Shown in pieces: positions 26,801 through 35,926 of a DNA stretch of 64,000 nt. Source of the DNA: Candidatus Omnitrophota bacterium. GTDB lineage: Bacteria; Omnitrophota; Gorgyraeia; Zapsychrales; Zapsychraceae. The stretch spans positions 4,476-68,475 of the forward strand of contig JACKFK010000009.1 of the NCBI GenBank assembly GCA_020632515.1, in the 5' to 3' direction. Every line of letters begins with the position of its first letter. Within the stretch, counting starts at the first letter, position 1. The notes under the pieces were generated by a model. The model had not been told where the DNA came from. It saw only the letters and a program-made list of their open reading frames with translations, and searched no databases. A program made the position numbers and the translations under genes.

Positions 26801-27870
26801 ACGGTGTTTATGGAAGTGTTGTTGGTGCTGTTGCCATGATTGATCAAGAAACCGTGGCTAAGGACGTTGAGATCACATATCAAACCAATGAGAATTTTAA
26901 AGATTTAATTGCTCAAAAGAGTCCTGGGATTTTAAATTTAGTAATGCATCAAGAGAATCGCGATAATTCCGACGCGTTGTATTACGATCGGGAAAATCCT
27001 GATTCCAACAAACGACCAAAATTAATTATTCAATATGAAGAAATTAATATAGTTAATAAATTGAGTTGCGATTCACAACATTTAAATTTGTGTTTAAGCG
27101 CGACGGATTGCGGTAAGGCTTCAGGATATTGGTATGATGAGAGCTGTCAGGCGACGCCGCAAATAACTTGTGATGCGCATCATCGTAATTTGTGTTTAAA
27201 TCCAGCTGCATGTGAGTCGGCGCAGGGGTTTTGGTATGAGGATGCATGTCATGACGAGGCCCCGATTCTAAAAGAGAAAACGATTACGGTGGCATTAAGC
27301 CCGACAGCAGATTTGCAATTAAAGGGCTGGAGTAAAGATACAAATTTTAATAACCAAGGATTGGGAATTAAAAGTGTCTATCATAAATTTGATCGAACCA
27401 CGTTGTTGAAATTTAGTCTGGAAGATATTCCGAAAGAGGCTGTTATTAATGATGTGCAATTGAAATTCACATTGGCTTCTAAACAGCGTTGGAACCGGCA
27501 GAATTATGTTTATGAAGGATTGGTGGATTGGAATGAAACTGAGGCAACTTGGAATGAATATCGCAAAGGGCAATCATGGGCAGAAGGCGGAGCGCGCCGC
27601 TCTGGTCAGGATATTAACGGCGTTTATGGAACTATGCAGGGGGCAATAGCTTTTATCAATCAAGGCACAGCTGCTTCTGGAGCCCTTATTTCGTATCAAT
27701 CCCTCAATGGATTTCAGCAATTGGTTAAAGATAAAGCAGGGTCTATGCTTAATTTGGTTATTCATCAGGAAAAAGGGGATAATTCAGACGTATCCTATTA
27801 TGATCGAGAAACCAATGCTATTAACAAGCGTCCGCAGTTATTTATTACTTATACGATCTTAGCTCCATAG
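23812..27870 (+). CDS. Large secreted protein: heparinase II/III / alginate-lyase-like N-terminal region, five four-Cys modules, and two DNRLRE/CBM96-like domains
   Basis: It has a signal peptide and the heparinase II/III-like stretch HVDHRLGALSNFALYRHGDWVIDNTRGYYG. C-x7-C-x5-C-x11-C modules lie at 26143-26435 and 27067-27250. There are two paralogous ~190-aa domains (RVSLLKFDLSSLP..DWSETEANW and RTTLLKFSLEDIP..DWNETEATW). Confidence 0.55.
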   Translation: MMFKRVTIKFIFLSGMFLCLLTVTARNGYAAQKLLGWSDAQAATWQKMRTENHPLWQRLVNEVHSDRYRPGDYGLRDGMMYLITGDKSYATSAWHKMDNWCGKTYRGTGGDDAWCNTFWKGKIPRDGTREQFLRLAMLYHWTREALSVEDRKNMRDVLELWTDLVLSDRKTHGTRLSDSDETVGHYFGAVIYALAIQDEDPQRSQAILNFAGTNTGSSDTAPLGGLNATGANNNSWRNAIARFAQLAKGGQWMESSSYNRGTVRLLLQGVAAVNNFLGEDKFPEITALYPDFAKAFVLEVAPDLRDFYQWGDNQETHYIRYYSRVATLGVVCGLSKDPECLSLYDELLSRSEETIHEDYLPFADPYSPRKVLSSHGAYHADGRGIAYHRQGWNLEDSFFGSQFTNVTHVDHRLGALSNFALYRHGDWVIDNTRGYYGHWDQDAPYQNTMLVNGGFSNLEEAYGEVAFSADETYLYHAGTTGGQYRDERFGNPPLETVHEWTRSHVYFHNEDGSDSIVIFDRLNADDPTDEDIQPVGKFDRLPKLIKQRINGVEAKHQWILHLTELNPRIEGNEISWMGESNEEVTLTTFMTDYVTQIYDEKLLHNKGYPLYLGGYVRDKDLGYQLRLIPNQKSGWQTFLNLIHVGGKVEKSKLESLSGEKAQGVLLNFEQEQKVVLFSAKKGETIAPTSTDSSGRVVHAPQKLSQLAALRYFKSGFEINIEVFNPAKVWIMDLDPNLKWNVEVDGKVIEDALVNDQGVMQFTLAKGSYLSKVFTDSTCDALQWEGCQIQEDCEKLNYFWYLNKCHSSPEVLACGVDHIEYCKTEEECLSLGNYWYDQSCHSQSAPAVCTSDSLSLCLTENDCQQAQGFWYDEGCHVQTKEDENNIKTITLYPVADTQIKGWIKEANVNGQGLGVKRVSDNYDRVSLLKFDLSSLPEGVVVKDAFLKFTLMANQRWNRQNYIYEGLKDWSETEANWLEYRKGQAWGVPGARGQGTDLNGVYGSVVGAVAMIDQETVAKDVEITYQTNENFKDLIAQKSPGILNLVMHQENRDNSDALYYDRENPDSNKRPKLIIQYEEINIVNKLSCDSQHLNLCLSATDCGKASGYWYDESCQATPQITCDAHHRNLCLNPAACESAQGFWYEDACHDEAPILKEKTITVALSPTADLQLKGWSKDTNFNNQGLGIKSVYHKFDRTTLLKFSLEDIPKEAVINDVQLKFTLASKQRWNRQNYVYEGLVDWNETEATWNEYRKGQSWAEGGARRSGQDINGVYGTMQGAIAFINQGTAASGALISYQSLNGFQQLVKDKAGSMLNLVIHQEKGDNSDVSYYDRETNAINKRPQLFITYTILAP

Positions 27871-27949
27871 ATAATCTAATCCATACATTAAAGGAAATTT
27901 CATTAATTAAGAGTTGACGATAAAACAGTTTGGCATTTAAATAAAATAT

Positions 27950-28759
27950 ATGAAAAGAATAATTTTAATTTTGATCGGATTTTTTTGTATTTTAACTTCC
28001 GGATACTCTCAGGAAATCAATTCGTCGAATTGGCATGATTATTATCAAGCTAAAGATTATGCCAAAGCAGTCTATGGTTTAAAGGAGGCCATTCAGTCCC
28101 CGGACTATAAACCGGAATTATATATTTATTTAGGATTTTCTTATTATAATTTGGGTGAATATCATCCGGCATTAATGAATTTTCTTAAAGCCTATCATTA
28201 TCTTCCTGAAAATTCTTTTGTTCATGCGGGATTAGGCAAAACTTATCTGAAGTATAATCAGTTCGAACAAGGTGAAAAGCATTTGAAGCGGGCTTTAGAA
28301 ATTAATTCAGGATTTAAGGAATTAAATTTGATATTAGGGAAGCTATTATTTAGCCAAACACGGTATAAAGAAGCTCTACCGTATTTAACGGAAGCGAAAA
28401 ATTACGTCCAGGGTTTAGGTGAACAGAGTACGCTTGAAGAAATTGAGTATATGCGTTCTTATGCGGATTTTGAAGTGAAAATTCAGGAGGAACCTGTATT
28501 AAAACAATCTTCATTTTTTTGGGGTGTTGTTGTCATTGTTACTAGCATTTTATTTTTGTTTTCCATGTTTATCCGAATTTATCATGAATCTAGCAACTTC
28601 TTGTTTCGCAATATTTTGGCGTGGGTTATTTTTGTTTATATTGGAATAGTTCTTGGTCATTTTGTGAATTCTTTTCAAGAGCATGGTTCAGAGGGGATTC
28701 GGATTTTTTTTGAAGAAGCTGGAAATACTTTCCTACGCGTAATTAATCGCAAATTTTGA
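27950..28759 (+). CDS. TPR-repeat protein with C-terminal TM helices
   Basis: It has a signal peptide, TPR-like repeats (YLGFSYYNLGEYHPALMNFLKAY..) and two hydrophobic helices near the C-terminus. Confidence 0.55.
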   Translation: MKRIILILIGFFCILTSGYSQEINSSNWHDYYQAKDYAKAVYGLKEAIQSPDYKPELYIYLGFSYYNLGEYHPALMNFLKAYHYLPENSFVHAGLGKTYLKYNQFEQGEKHLKRALEINSGFKELNLILGKLLFSQTRYKEALPYLTEAKNYVQGLGEQSTLEEIEYMRSYADFEVKIQEEPVLKQSSFFWGVVVIVTSILFLFSMFIRIYHESSNFLFRNILAWVIFVYIGIVLGHFVNSFQEHGSEGIRIFFEEAGNTFLRVINRKF

Positions 28760-28844
28760 TATTAAACTTTCGATTTTTCCTTGAATGTCTTGTTGGGATG
28801 TGGCAAGATGAATACGTTTTACCTCCAACGCCGCATAAAAAGGA

Positions 28845-29687
28845 ATGAATATGCCCAAGAATATTCTAGTGGTCGATGATGAACAAGAAATTTGTGAACT
28901 TATTCAAAGTAAATTGAAACGGGAAGGATATAGCGTTGATGTTGCGTATGATGGAAAGGAAGCTCTCGAGAAAGTAGCACAGCAAGCATTTGATTTAATT
29001 ATTACAGATGTTGTCATGCCTGAGCTTGATGGTTTTCATTTGTATTTGGAACTAAAGAAAAATGAAGCCACTGCCAGTATCCCCGTCATTATCGTTACCG
29101 CCAGATCTCAGATGGAAGATTCTTTTTTGGCTGTCGGTGTAGATAGTTTTGTTACTAAACCATTTAAATCAGATCATTTAGTTGAGCTAATTAAAAAAAT
29201 TCTTGCTGGTAAACCGATTTTAAATCTGCGTTCAGCCGATTTTAATCGAGGGGCGAAGATAGTTAAGGACTATGAAATATATAAAAAATATGTTTTAATC
29301 GCCGGGAATAAGATTGAAGCTTTGGAATTTATGTCTGCACAGCTCGAATCTTTACAGTGCTTTGTTGAAAAGGCTGAAACGGCGCAAGATGTATTAGAGT
29401 CTTCTCTGCGGATGGAGCCTGATATTTTACTTTTGGATGTGCAGATGGAAGATGTCTCAGCGTATGAAATTATTAATCAGTTCCGTGAATTTCGACATGT
29501 TCAGATGAGAATTTTACTTTATTCTTTTTTTCAAAAGTTGGATGAAGCGCGCGATTCTGCGGCGCATTTTTTATATTCCAATAATCTAAAGAAAGATTTT
29601 GAAGATTGGGAAATCCCGCCATATTATCTTGGGGCCTTTAATAAGGCGACATTCAAAGAAACAATACAGCATTTTATCAACCAATAG
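28845..29687 (+). CDS. Response regulator with one canonical receiver domain and a second degenerate receiver-like domain, no output domain
   Basis: REC1 has ILVVDDEQ..DLIITDVVMPELDG..TAR..K. The second half has ILLLDVQMEDVSAYE but lacks the N-terminal acidic pair. Confidence 0.65.
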   Translation: MNMPKNILVVDDEQEICELIQSKLKREGYSVDVAYDGKEALEKVAQQAFDLIITDVVMPELDGFHLYLELKKNEATASIPVIIVTARSQMEDSFLAVGVDSFVTKPFKSDHLVELIKKILAGKPILNLRSADFNRGAKIVKDYEIYKKYVLIAGNKIEALEFMSAQLESLQCFVEKAETAQDVLESSLRMEPDILLLDVQMEDVSAYEIINQFREFRHVQMRILLYSFFQKLDEARDSAAHFLYSNNLKKDFEDWEIPPYYLGAFNKATFKETIQHFINQ

Positions 29688-29717
29688 AATTTATATTAAT
29701 CAGTTAAATGAAACGAG

Positions 29718-30344
29718 GTGTTTGTGAAAGCAGTTCATGCCGAATATGTTGTTTTTGATGTGGAGACAACAGGATTAAATCCTCAACAAGGAGATCGAAT
29801 TTTAGAAATTGCAGCGGTCAAAGTTAAAGATGGTGAAATTGTTGATACTTTTGAATCGTTTGTTAATCCACAAAGAGATGTTCCGGCTGAAGCTGCAGCT
29901 GTTCATAATATCACAAATGAAATGTTGCACGATGCACCCGTTGCTGATCAAGTTTTACCAGATGTAATTAAATTTATTTCTGGGGCTTGTTTGGTTGGGC
30001 ATAATATTAAATTTGATTTAGATTTTTTATGTTATGAATTATCGTTGATCAGCCGCCGGTTGGATGAACGGATACCGGCAATTGACACGTTAAAAATGTC
30101 AAAAAAATTACTGCCGCAATTGCGTAGTCATCGGCTTGGAAATTTAGCTTATTTTTTAGGAGCTCAAATTGAAGAAACTCATCGTGCTTTAGCTGATGTG
30201 AAATTAACAGTTGTCGTTTTGAAACGTCTTTTACGTATGGCAAATGATCAGGGGATTGACAGTTTTCAAGAGGTGTACAAACAGTTTGGTGTCGTAAAAC
30301 CTAATTTCAAGATAGAGACGATGGAACAATCTTTTCTTTTTTAA
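29718..30344 (+). CDS. DEDDh 3'-5' exonuclease (DnaQ/epsilon-like), GTG start
   Basis: It has ExoI (VVFDVETTG), ExoII (GHNIKFDLDFL) and ExoIII (HRALADV). Confidence 0.75.
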   Translation: MFVKAVHAEYVVFDVETTGLNPQQGDRILEIAAVKVKDGEIVDTFESFVNPQRDVPAEAAAVHNITNEMLHDAPVADQVLPDVIKFISGACLVGHNIKFDLDFLCYELSLISRRLDERIPAIDTLKMSKKLLPQLRSHRLGNLAYFLGAQIEETHRALADVKLTVVVLKRLLRMANDQGIDSFQEVYKQFGVVKPNFKIETMEQSFLF

Positions 30345-30347
30345 GGC

Positions 30348-31100
30348 ATGTTAAGGAAATCAAGATTCTCAGTAATTATTTTTTCCATTGTTTTGTTTTT
30401 TTGTTTTTGTCAAACATCCTACGCGGCTACTCCGATTTATTTAAATAAGCGTAAAGTTCTTAAAAAAGGATTAGCAAAAGAAAAAATTTTCCGCTATTTT
30501 CCGCAAAAAATAATCCGCACGTTAACTCATCACGATAGTCAGGAACAAATCACGATTGATTATAGGGATGCTAATGCTGATGTTCAGTTAATCACATTGA
30601 TTTTTGAAGACAATGTATTAACTGATTGGATCATCAATGACAGGGAACTAATTATTCAATCATATTTAGAGGAATTTGCAGGGCCAGACTTTAAGGCCTA
30701 TCCGAATATTTATAACGCCATTGTCGGGGCTTTAAAGAAACTACCATGGGATGTTTTTTTGAAGGTAACTGACCGGGCCCATCCGGTCATTTTTACTGAA
30801 TATCATACGTCCGGCATGAGCCGTATTGCCAATTCGTCGGAGTATTTAAATGAAGAAGGTTCGCCGCCGGCGTTTACCAAGGGCATATACATTTTGAAAT
30901 TAAGTTCAGAGCTGGAGGCCGCCGCGGAGCAATTGGCTGTGGAAGGAATTATTTTGCATGAATTGGCGCATCGGGCTTTAGATCATTTGCAGCAAGAGGA
31001 ATATACTCGGGAATTAGAGCGGGAAGCTAATCATGTCATCATGGATTGGGGATATAAGGAAGAGTTTGAAAAAGCTAAAAAATATTTTGGAAGTCAGTAA
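30348..31100 (+). CDS. Secreted hypothetical protein with an HExxH motif (putative metallopeptidase)
   Basis: It has a signal peptide and IILHELAHRALDH near the C-terminus. Confidence 0.35.
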   Translation: MLRKSRFSVIIFSIVLFFCFCQTSYAATPIYLNKRKVLKKGLAKEKIFRYFPQKIIRTLTHHDSQEQITIDYRDANADVQLITLIFEDNVLTDWIINDRELIIQSYLEEFAGPDFKAYPNIYNAIVGALKKLPWDVFLKVTDRAHPVIFTEYHTSGMSRIANSSEYLNEEGSPPAFTKGIYILKLSSELEAAAEQLAVEGIILHELAHRALDHLQQEEYTRELEREANHVIMDWGYKEEFEKAKKYFGSQ

Positions 31101-31103
31101 ATT

Positions 31104-32366
31104 ATGTTAAGTATTCTTTTTATCAGTTTGGTTTTATTTTTCTCGCGGTATTGGATAAGAAAAAAGCGAGGATGGACGGTAAGAGTTTTTTTAATCAATT
31201 TTTTAATTATCGAAATTTTTTGTTATGGATATTTCTTAAAGGTCATTAATGGAGGAGCATGTTTTTACCTTATAGGAAACCAAAAGGTTTTAGATTCTTT
31301 AATTAAACTGAATATTATTGAATCAGCCTATTTTAGCGAGAAGAATCAATATTCGTTATTTCGTGTTGATAGTGATGTCGGCTATACGCTAGGGCAGGAC
31401 AAATTTAGCGCACAGTTTCCCACCACCAACGCTTACGGTTTGCGGGCTGTGCGTGAATATTCATTTATTCCACCTGATGATCATTTGCGTCTAGCTTTAT
31501 TCGGTGATTCATTTGTCTTTGCGCAAGATGAGGTGACGCCCAATACCTGGGGGTATATGCTAGAAAATTCTTTTGCTAATTTGGAGGTGCTTAACTTTGG
31601 TGTACCGGGGTATGGGTTGGGGCAAAGTTATTTGCGTTATTTAAAGGATGGATTGAAGTTTAATCCAGATGTTGTTTTTTTTAATTATATTCAAATGGGA
31701 TCGCGCGATCAAGTGCTTGCAGATTCAATTATTAAAGGAAGAAACTTGAAGGGCGCAGATTTATATCGGGCGTTATTTTTTCTGGATAAAGATGTGTTAA
31801 AAACCAGAAGAATCACGCCCATGGATTTATTTGATCCTGATTTTCGGCGGAAAGAAATTTTTGCGCCTTTATCATTAGACGAAAATAAACTTGTTTGGAA
31901 CAATCCATTGGTTAAACACACAAATGTTTTACTGTTCTTAAAAACAATTTTTTTGCCCCGTTATTATAAAAAACATATGAATCTTAGCGAAGATCGAAAG
32001 GAAATTATTAATGTTCAATTATTAGAGAATTTATTGGCAATGGCTGAACAAAACGATAGTTCCGTGATCTTTTTTGTGGATCAAGATTTTCAAAAACTTC
32101 CAAATTCAATTCAAACTATTTTATTGAAATATCAAGAACGTGTGCATTATGTAAACGGACAAAAGGCTCTTAAAGAACGCATTGAGAAATTGGGTGTTGA
32201 GCGAAAAAACCTTTTAAACGGGTCTAATCATTATAATCCGCAAGGAAATCAGATTTATACTGAGGTCGTGGCTGGAATTCTTGTAAGCCGTCCATGGGGA
32301 GAAAAAAATCGTCATTTTCTTTTTGATCCGCAGCATAAAGGATTTATTCGAAAAGATGATCAATAA
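31104..32366 (+). CDS. Membrane-anchored SGNH/GDSL-like hydrolase
   Basis: An N-terminal TM region is followed by the block I motif LALFGDSFVFAQ. Confidence 0.4.
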   Translation: MLSILFISLVLFFSRYWIRKKRGWTVRVFLINFLIIEIFCYGYFLKVINGGACFYLIGNQKVLDSLIKLNIIESAYFSEKNQYSLFRVDSDVGYTLGQDKFSAQFPTTNAYGLRAVREYSFIPPDDHLRLALFGDSFVFAQDEVTPNTWGYMLENSFANLEVLNFGVPGYGLGQSYLRYLKDGLKFNPDVVFFNYIQMGSRDQVLADSIIKGRNLKGADLYRALFFLDKDVLKTRRITPMDLFDPDFRRKEIFAPLSLDENKLVWNNPLVKHTNVLLFLKTIFLPRYYKKHMNLSEDRKEIINVQLLENLLAMAEQNDSSVIFFVDQDFQKLPNSIQTILLKYQERVHYVNGQKALKERIEKLGVERKNLLNGSNHYNPQGNQIYTEVVAGILVSRPWGEKNRHFLFDPQHKGFIRKDDQ

Positions 32367-34146
32367 AAATCATCCGAGGCGTATTCACCATGCCGTTATA
32401 TTTTTGGTTTTAGGTATCGTAGGTTTTACTTTTATTTCTGTCATTCGATTTTCCTTTCTTAATTGGGATGACCCTCAATATGTTTTAAATAATCCTCTAA
32501 TCAGATCATTATCCTTTAATAATCTTAAGAGCATTTTTACCACGAAAACGTATGATGTGTATTCGCCATTAACTATTCTTTCGTTTGCGTTTGAGTATCG
32601 ATTTTTTCAATTGAACCCAGGAGTTTATCATTTTAATAATCTGCTTTTGCATCTGGCCGTTGTTTACTGCATTTTTATTTTAGGAAAACAGTTGGGTTTG
32701 TCATCGTGGGCAGCAGGAGTTTCAGCGTTATTATTTGGCATTCATCCTATGCATGTACAGACGGTCGTTTGGGTGACGGAACGCAAAGGTGTACTGTATT
32801 CTTTTTTCTATTTATTATCTGTTATTACTTATATTCAATTTTTAAGACATGAGAAAATTTCGTTGTATTTGTGGTCGTTGTTGTTTGGGGTTTTAAGCCT
32901 TTTTGCTAAACCTATGGCTTTAAGCCTACCGATTATTCTATGTTTATGTGATTGGTGGGAAAGGCAAAATCATCGATGGCGTTTATTTGTTTTAAAGATT
33001 CCTTACCTTTTATTTTTTGTGCCCCTTGTCTGGATAACCTTTGCTGTTAACACAGACATGTATGCCCATAATATTCCTGTTGAGCAGTCAATGCTTATTG
33101 CCATGTGGTCAGGTACTTTTTATTTGCTGAAATTTATTTGGCCGGTTGCGTTAGCTCCCGTATACGAATTACCTTGGCCAGTGCAATGGGATAATCCCGC
33201 TTACAGCATAGCGGGTATTACGCTGTTTATTGGTATTGCTATTTTGTTTGTATTTCGAAAAAAGCGTTGGCTTATCTGGGCGGGATTTTTTTATATTTTT
33301 AATATTTTCTATTTTGTGCGTTTTGATTTAGTAACCAAACCAGATATCGTTTCTGATCGTTATATGTATTTAGCCAGTTTAGGGATTTGCATGCTGGTGG
33401 GCAAATTTATCGACCGGATATTAAATTTACAATATAAAGAAAAATGGAAAATTTATGTAGGTATTGCTTTTTTGTTATGCATTATCTCGGCTGGTATTAG
33501 CAAAACTAAACGATACAGTTATGTTTGGCAAAATAGTAATATATTTTGGAATTATGTGATTGCAACGACAGAACGTTTTGAAGTGGCGTATCATAATCGC
33601 GCGTTGCTTTTTATAGAAGAAGGAGATTACGAGCGGGCCTTAGATGATTTAGATCAGGCCATTAGAATTTATCCACGGTATGCTAACGCCCATTTCAGTC
33701 GTGCTGTACTTGCAGAGCGATTAGGAAATATTCAAAACGCTTTAGACGATTATTTGAAATCTCGAGAATTAAGTCCGAATGATCAGCGGGCCTATAACAA
33801 TCGTGCAAATATTTTTATCCGGCAAAGGCGTTTCGACGACGCTCTTAAAGAATTAAATATTTTTTTAGAGACAGGCGCTCCACAGGCGGAAGTGTTAACT
33901 AATCGCGCCCTAGTTTACAAACGGACGGGAAGAATTGAGGAAGCCTTAATTGATCTTAACGAGGCAATCCGCTTACAGCCGGATTTAATTCAAGCCTATA
34001 ATAACCGTGGTAATATTTTTAAGCAAAAAGGTGAATTTCAAAAGGCGCTAGATGATTATAATAAGGGTCTTATGTTCGACCCTAATCATCACACTTTATT
34101 ACAGAATAAAAAAGATATTTTGACGATTCTTGACGCTTCAAAGTAA
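32356..34146 (+). CDS. GT-C-type (PMT/TMTC-like) membrane glycosyltransferase fused to TPR repeats
   Basis: It has about 10 TM helices with an early loop motif (NWDDPQYVLNNPLIRS). The C-terminus carries about 6 TPR units (AYNNRGNIFKQKGEFQKALDDYNKGL). Confidence 0.5.
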   Translation: MINKNHPRRIHHAVIFLVLGIVGFTFISVIRFSFLNWDDPQYVLNNPLIRSLSFNNLKSIFTTKTYDVYSPLTILSFAFEYRFFQLNPGVYHFNNLLLHLAVVYCIFILGKQLGLSSWAAGVSALLFGIHPMHVQTVVWVTERKGVLYSFFYLLSVITYIQFLRHEKISLYLWSLLFGVLSLFAKPMALSLPIILCLCDWWERQNHRWRLFVLKIPYLLFFVPLVWITFAVNTDMYAHNIPVEQSMLIAMWSGTFYLLKFIWPVALAPVYELPWPVQWDNPAYSIAGITLFIGIAILFVFRKKRWLIWAGFFYIFNIFYFVRFDLVTKPDIVSDRYMYLASLGICMLVGKFIDRILNLQYKEKWKIYVGIAFLLCIISAGISKTKRYSYVWQNSNIFWNYVIATTERFEVAYHNRALLFIEEGDYERALDDLDQAIRIYPRYANAHFSRAVLAERLGNIQNALDDYLKSRELSPNDQRAYNNRANIFIRQRRFDDALKELNIFLETGAPQAEVLTNRALVYKRTGRIEEALIDLNEAIRLQPDLIQAYNNRGNIFKQKGEFQKALDDYNKGLMFDPNHHTLLQNKKDILTILDASK

Positions 34147-34268
34147 GGGGATATTTTCTAAGATTAATGACTGAAAACCAGGGAAAAGGATGGCTGTCTT
34201 AAATATTTATGATATACTTGTTTCATTAAATTCTAAGATAAATAATCTTCAAGTAGGAAGGCGTTTTA

Positions 34269-35327
34269 GTGAGCACAGCAAAAATACATGACCTATTAGT
34301 TCAGGCCACCCAGAAAGAAGCCTCGGATATTCATCTCGTTGTCAATAAACCTCCAATTTTTCGCATACATGGAGAATTAACAACCTCCGAATTGTCGGAA
34401 TTGTCAGCCAAAGATTTGAAGGAAATGCTGGTTGAAATTATGAATAACCGGCAGAAACAAATTTTTAATGATACTAAGGAATTGGATTTTGCTTATTACT
34501 GTATGGATGATTTTCAGTTTCGCGTTAATGTTCATGTGGAAAAAGGCAATATCGCGGCAACGATTCGTTTGATTTCAACAAAGATTCAAGAAGCCAAGAC
34601 ATTGGGGATTCCGTCTGCTATTGAGATTATGGCACGTAAACGTAAAGGATTAATTATTCTTTCCGGTACGGCAGGTAGTGGGAAATCGACAACATTAAAT
34701 TACATGATTAATCTTATCAATAATGAACGCCGATGTAAGATTATCACGATTGAAGACCCTATCGAACTTGTTCATAAATCTAATAAGAGTTTAATTATTC
34801 AACGGGAAGTTGGATCAGATACTAATTCATTTGCCGCCGCTTTGAAATTCTCTTTACGACAAGATCCAGATGTCGTTGTAATCGGAGAAACTAGAGATTT
34901 AGAATCAATCAGTATGGCCTTGACCACGGCGGAAACAGGACATTTGGTTATCACAACTTTGCACGCGCCGGATGCGATTGAAACTATAAATCGTATTATC
35001 GATGTTTATCCTTCTGGACAGCGTGAACAAATTTGTACTCAATTGGCGGAAAATTTAGTTGGCGTTGTTGGACAGATGTTGATCGCTGGCAAAGACGGTG
35101 AACGCCGCGTTCTTACAACGGAAGTTTTAATGGCAACGATGCCGATCCGTAATATGATCCGTCGGGGGGCTTTGGTTGAACTGCGTGGGCAATTGGATTC
35201 AGAAGAAAATAAATATATGCATACATTTGAAAGTCATTTAACGAAATTAGTTAGAGATGGCTTAATCACATTAGATACTGCTAAAGAATATGCTCGAGAT
35301 CCTCGTCAAATCCGCGTTACTGTCTAA
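34269..35327 (+). CDS. pilT: Type IV pilus retraction ATPase PilT (GTG start)
   Basis: It has ASDIHLVVNKPPIFRIHGEL, Walker A (GTAGSGKSTT), ITIEDPIE and a His box (LVITTLHA). Confidence 0.85.
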   Translation: MSTAKIHDLLVQATQKEASDIHLVVNKPPIFRIHGELTTSELSELSAKDLKEMLVEIMNNRQKQIFNDTKELDFAYYCMDDFQFRVNVHVEKGNIAATIRLISTKIQEAKTLGIPSAIEIMARKRKGLIILSGTAGSGKSTTLNYMINLINNERRCKIITIEDPIELVHKSNKSLIIQREVGSDTNSFAAALKFSLRQDPDVVVIGETRDLESISMALTTAETGHLVITTLHAPDAIETINRIIDVYPSGQREQICTQLAENLVGVVGQMLIAGKDGERRVLTTEVLMATMPIRNMIRRGALVELRGQLDSEENKYMHTFESHLTKLVRDGLITLDTAKEYARDPRQIRVTV

Positions 35328-35363
35328 TCTGTAGATTTTTATGTAATTTAATTGATATTTTGT

Positions 35364-35392
35364 TTGACATTTTTTAGTGCTTTGGGCATACT
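35364..35392 (+). promoter_or_regulatory. Putative sigma70-type promoter of the csp gene
   Basis: TTGACA (35364-35369), a 17-nt spacer and CATACT (35387-35392). This implies a 5' UTR of about 190 nt. Confidence 0.35.
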
Positions 35393-35586
35393 AAATTTCA
35401 GTAGTAAATATTTAATTTTTAATATGCTAAAGGGCATTTTTAAATTGAATATTTTGTAGTTGGTGTATAGCAGTAAATAATCGGAGAAGAAGTTTTGCAG
35501 CAAAATAACTTGGTAAATGGCAGTAGTAAGGTTTTCTTTTGCCGTTATTTACTACTAAATCTCGTGAGAAAGGAGGTAGTAGGTAA

Positions 35587-35787
35587 ATGGCAAAGGGAAA
35601 AGTAAAGTGGTTCAGTAATCAAAAAGGTTATGGTTTTATTACTCCTGAATCAGGAAACGATGTTTTTGTTCATCATTCCGCCATTCAAGGAGATGGTTAT
35701 AAAACATTAGCGGAGGGGGAAGAGGTCGATTTTGAAATTGTTCAAAGCCCTAAAGGTGAACAGGCTGCTAATGTGGTAAAGAAATAA
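35587..35787 (+). CDS. cspA: Cold-shock protein (CSD)
   Basis: It has [17 protein letters not shown] (RNP1) and VFVHHSAI (RNP2), and is 66 aa long. Confidence 0.9.
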   Translation: MAKGKVKWFSNQKGYGFITPESGNDVFVHHSAIQGDGYKTLAEGEEVDFEIVQSPKGEQAANVVKK

Positions 35788-35816
35788 AATTACTATTATA
35801 GAAATTCATTTTTTTC

Positions 35817-35850
35817 AAAGGCCTGATATTTTTTAATATCAGGCCTTTTT
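35817..35850 (+). terminator. Intrinsic terminator after csp
   Basis: The hairpin AAAGGCCTGATATTTTTTAATATCAGGCC is followed by TTTTT. Confidence 0.75.
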
Positions 35851-35926
35851 ATCCATTGCGAAAATGAAGATGTTTCGATACAATGGTTGCAAATTTAATA
35901 TTCGTAGGTTTTAATTAGGAGGATTT

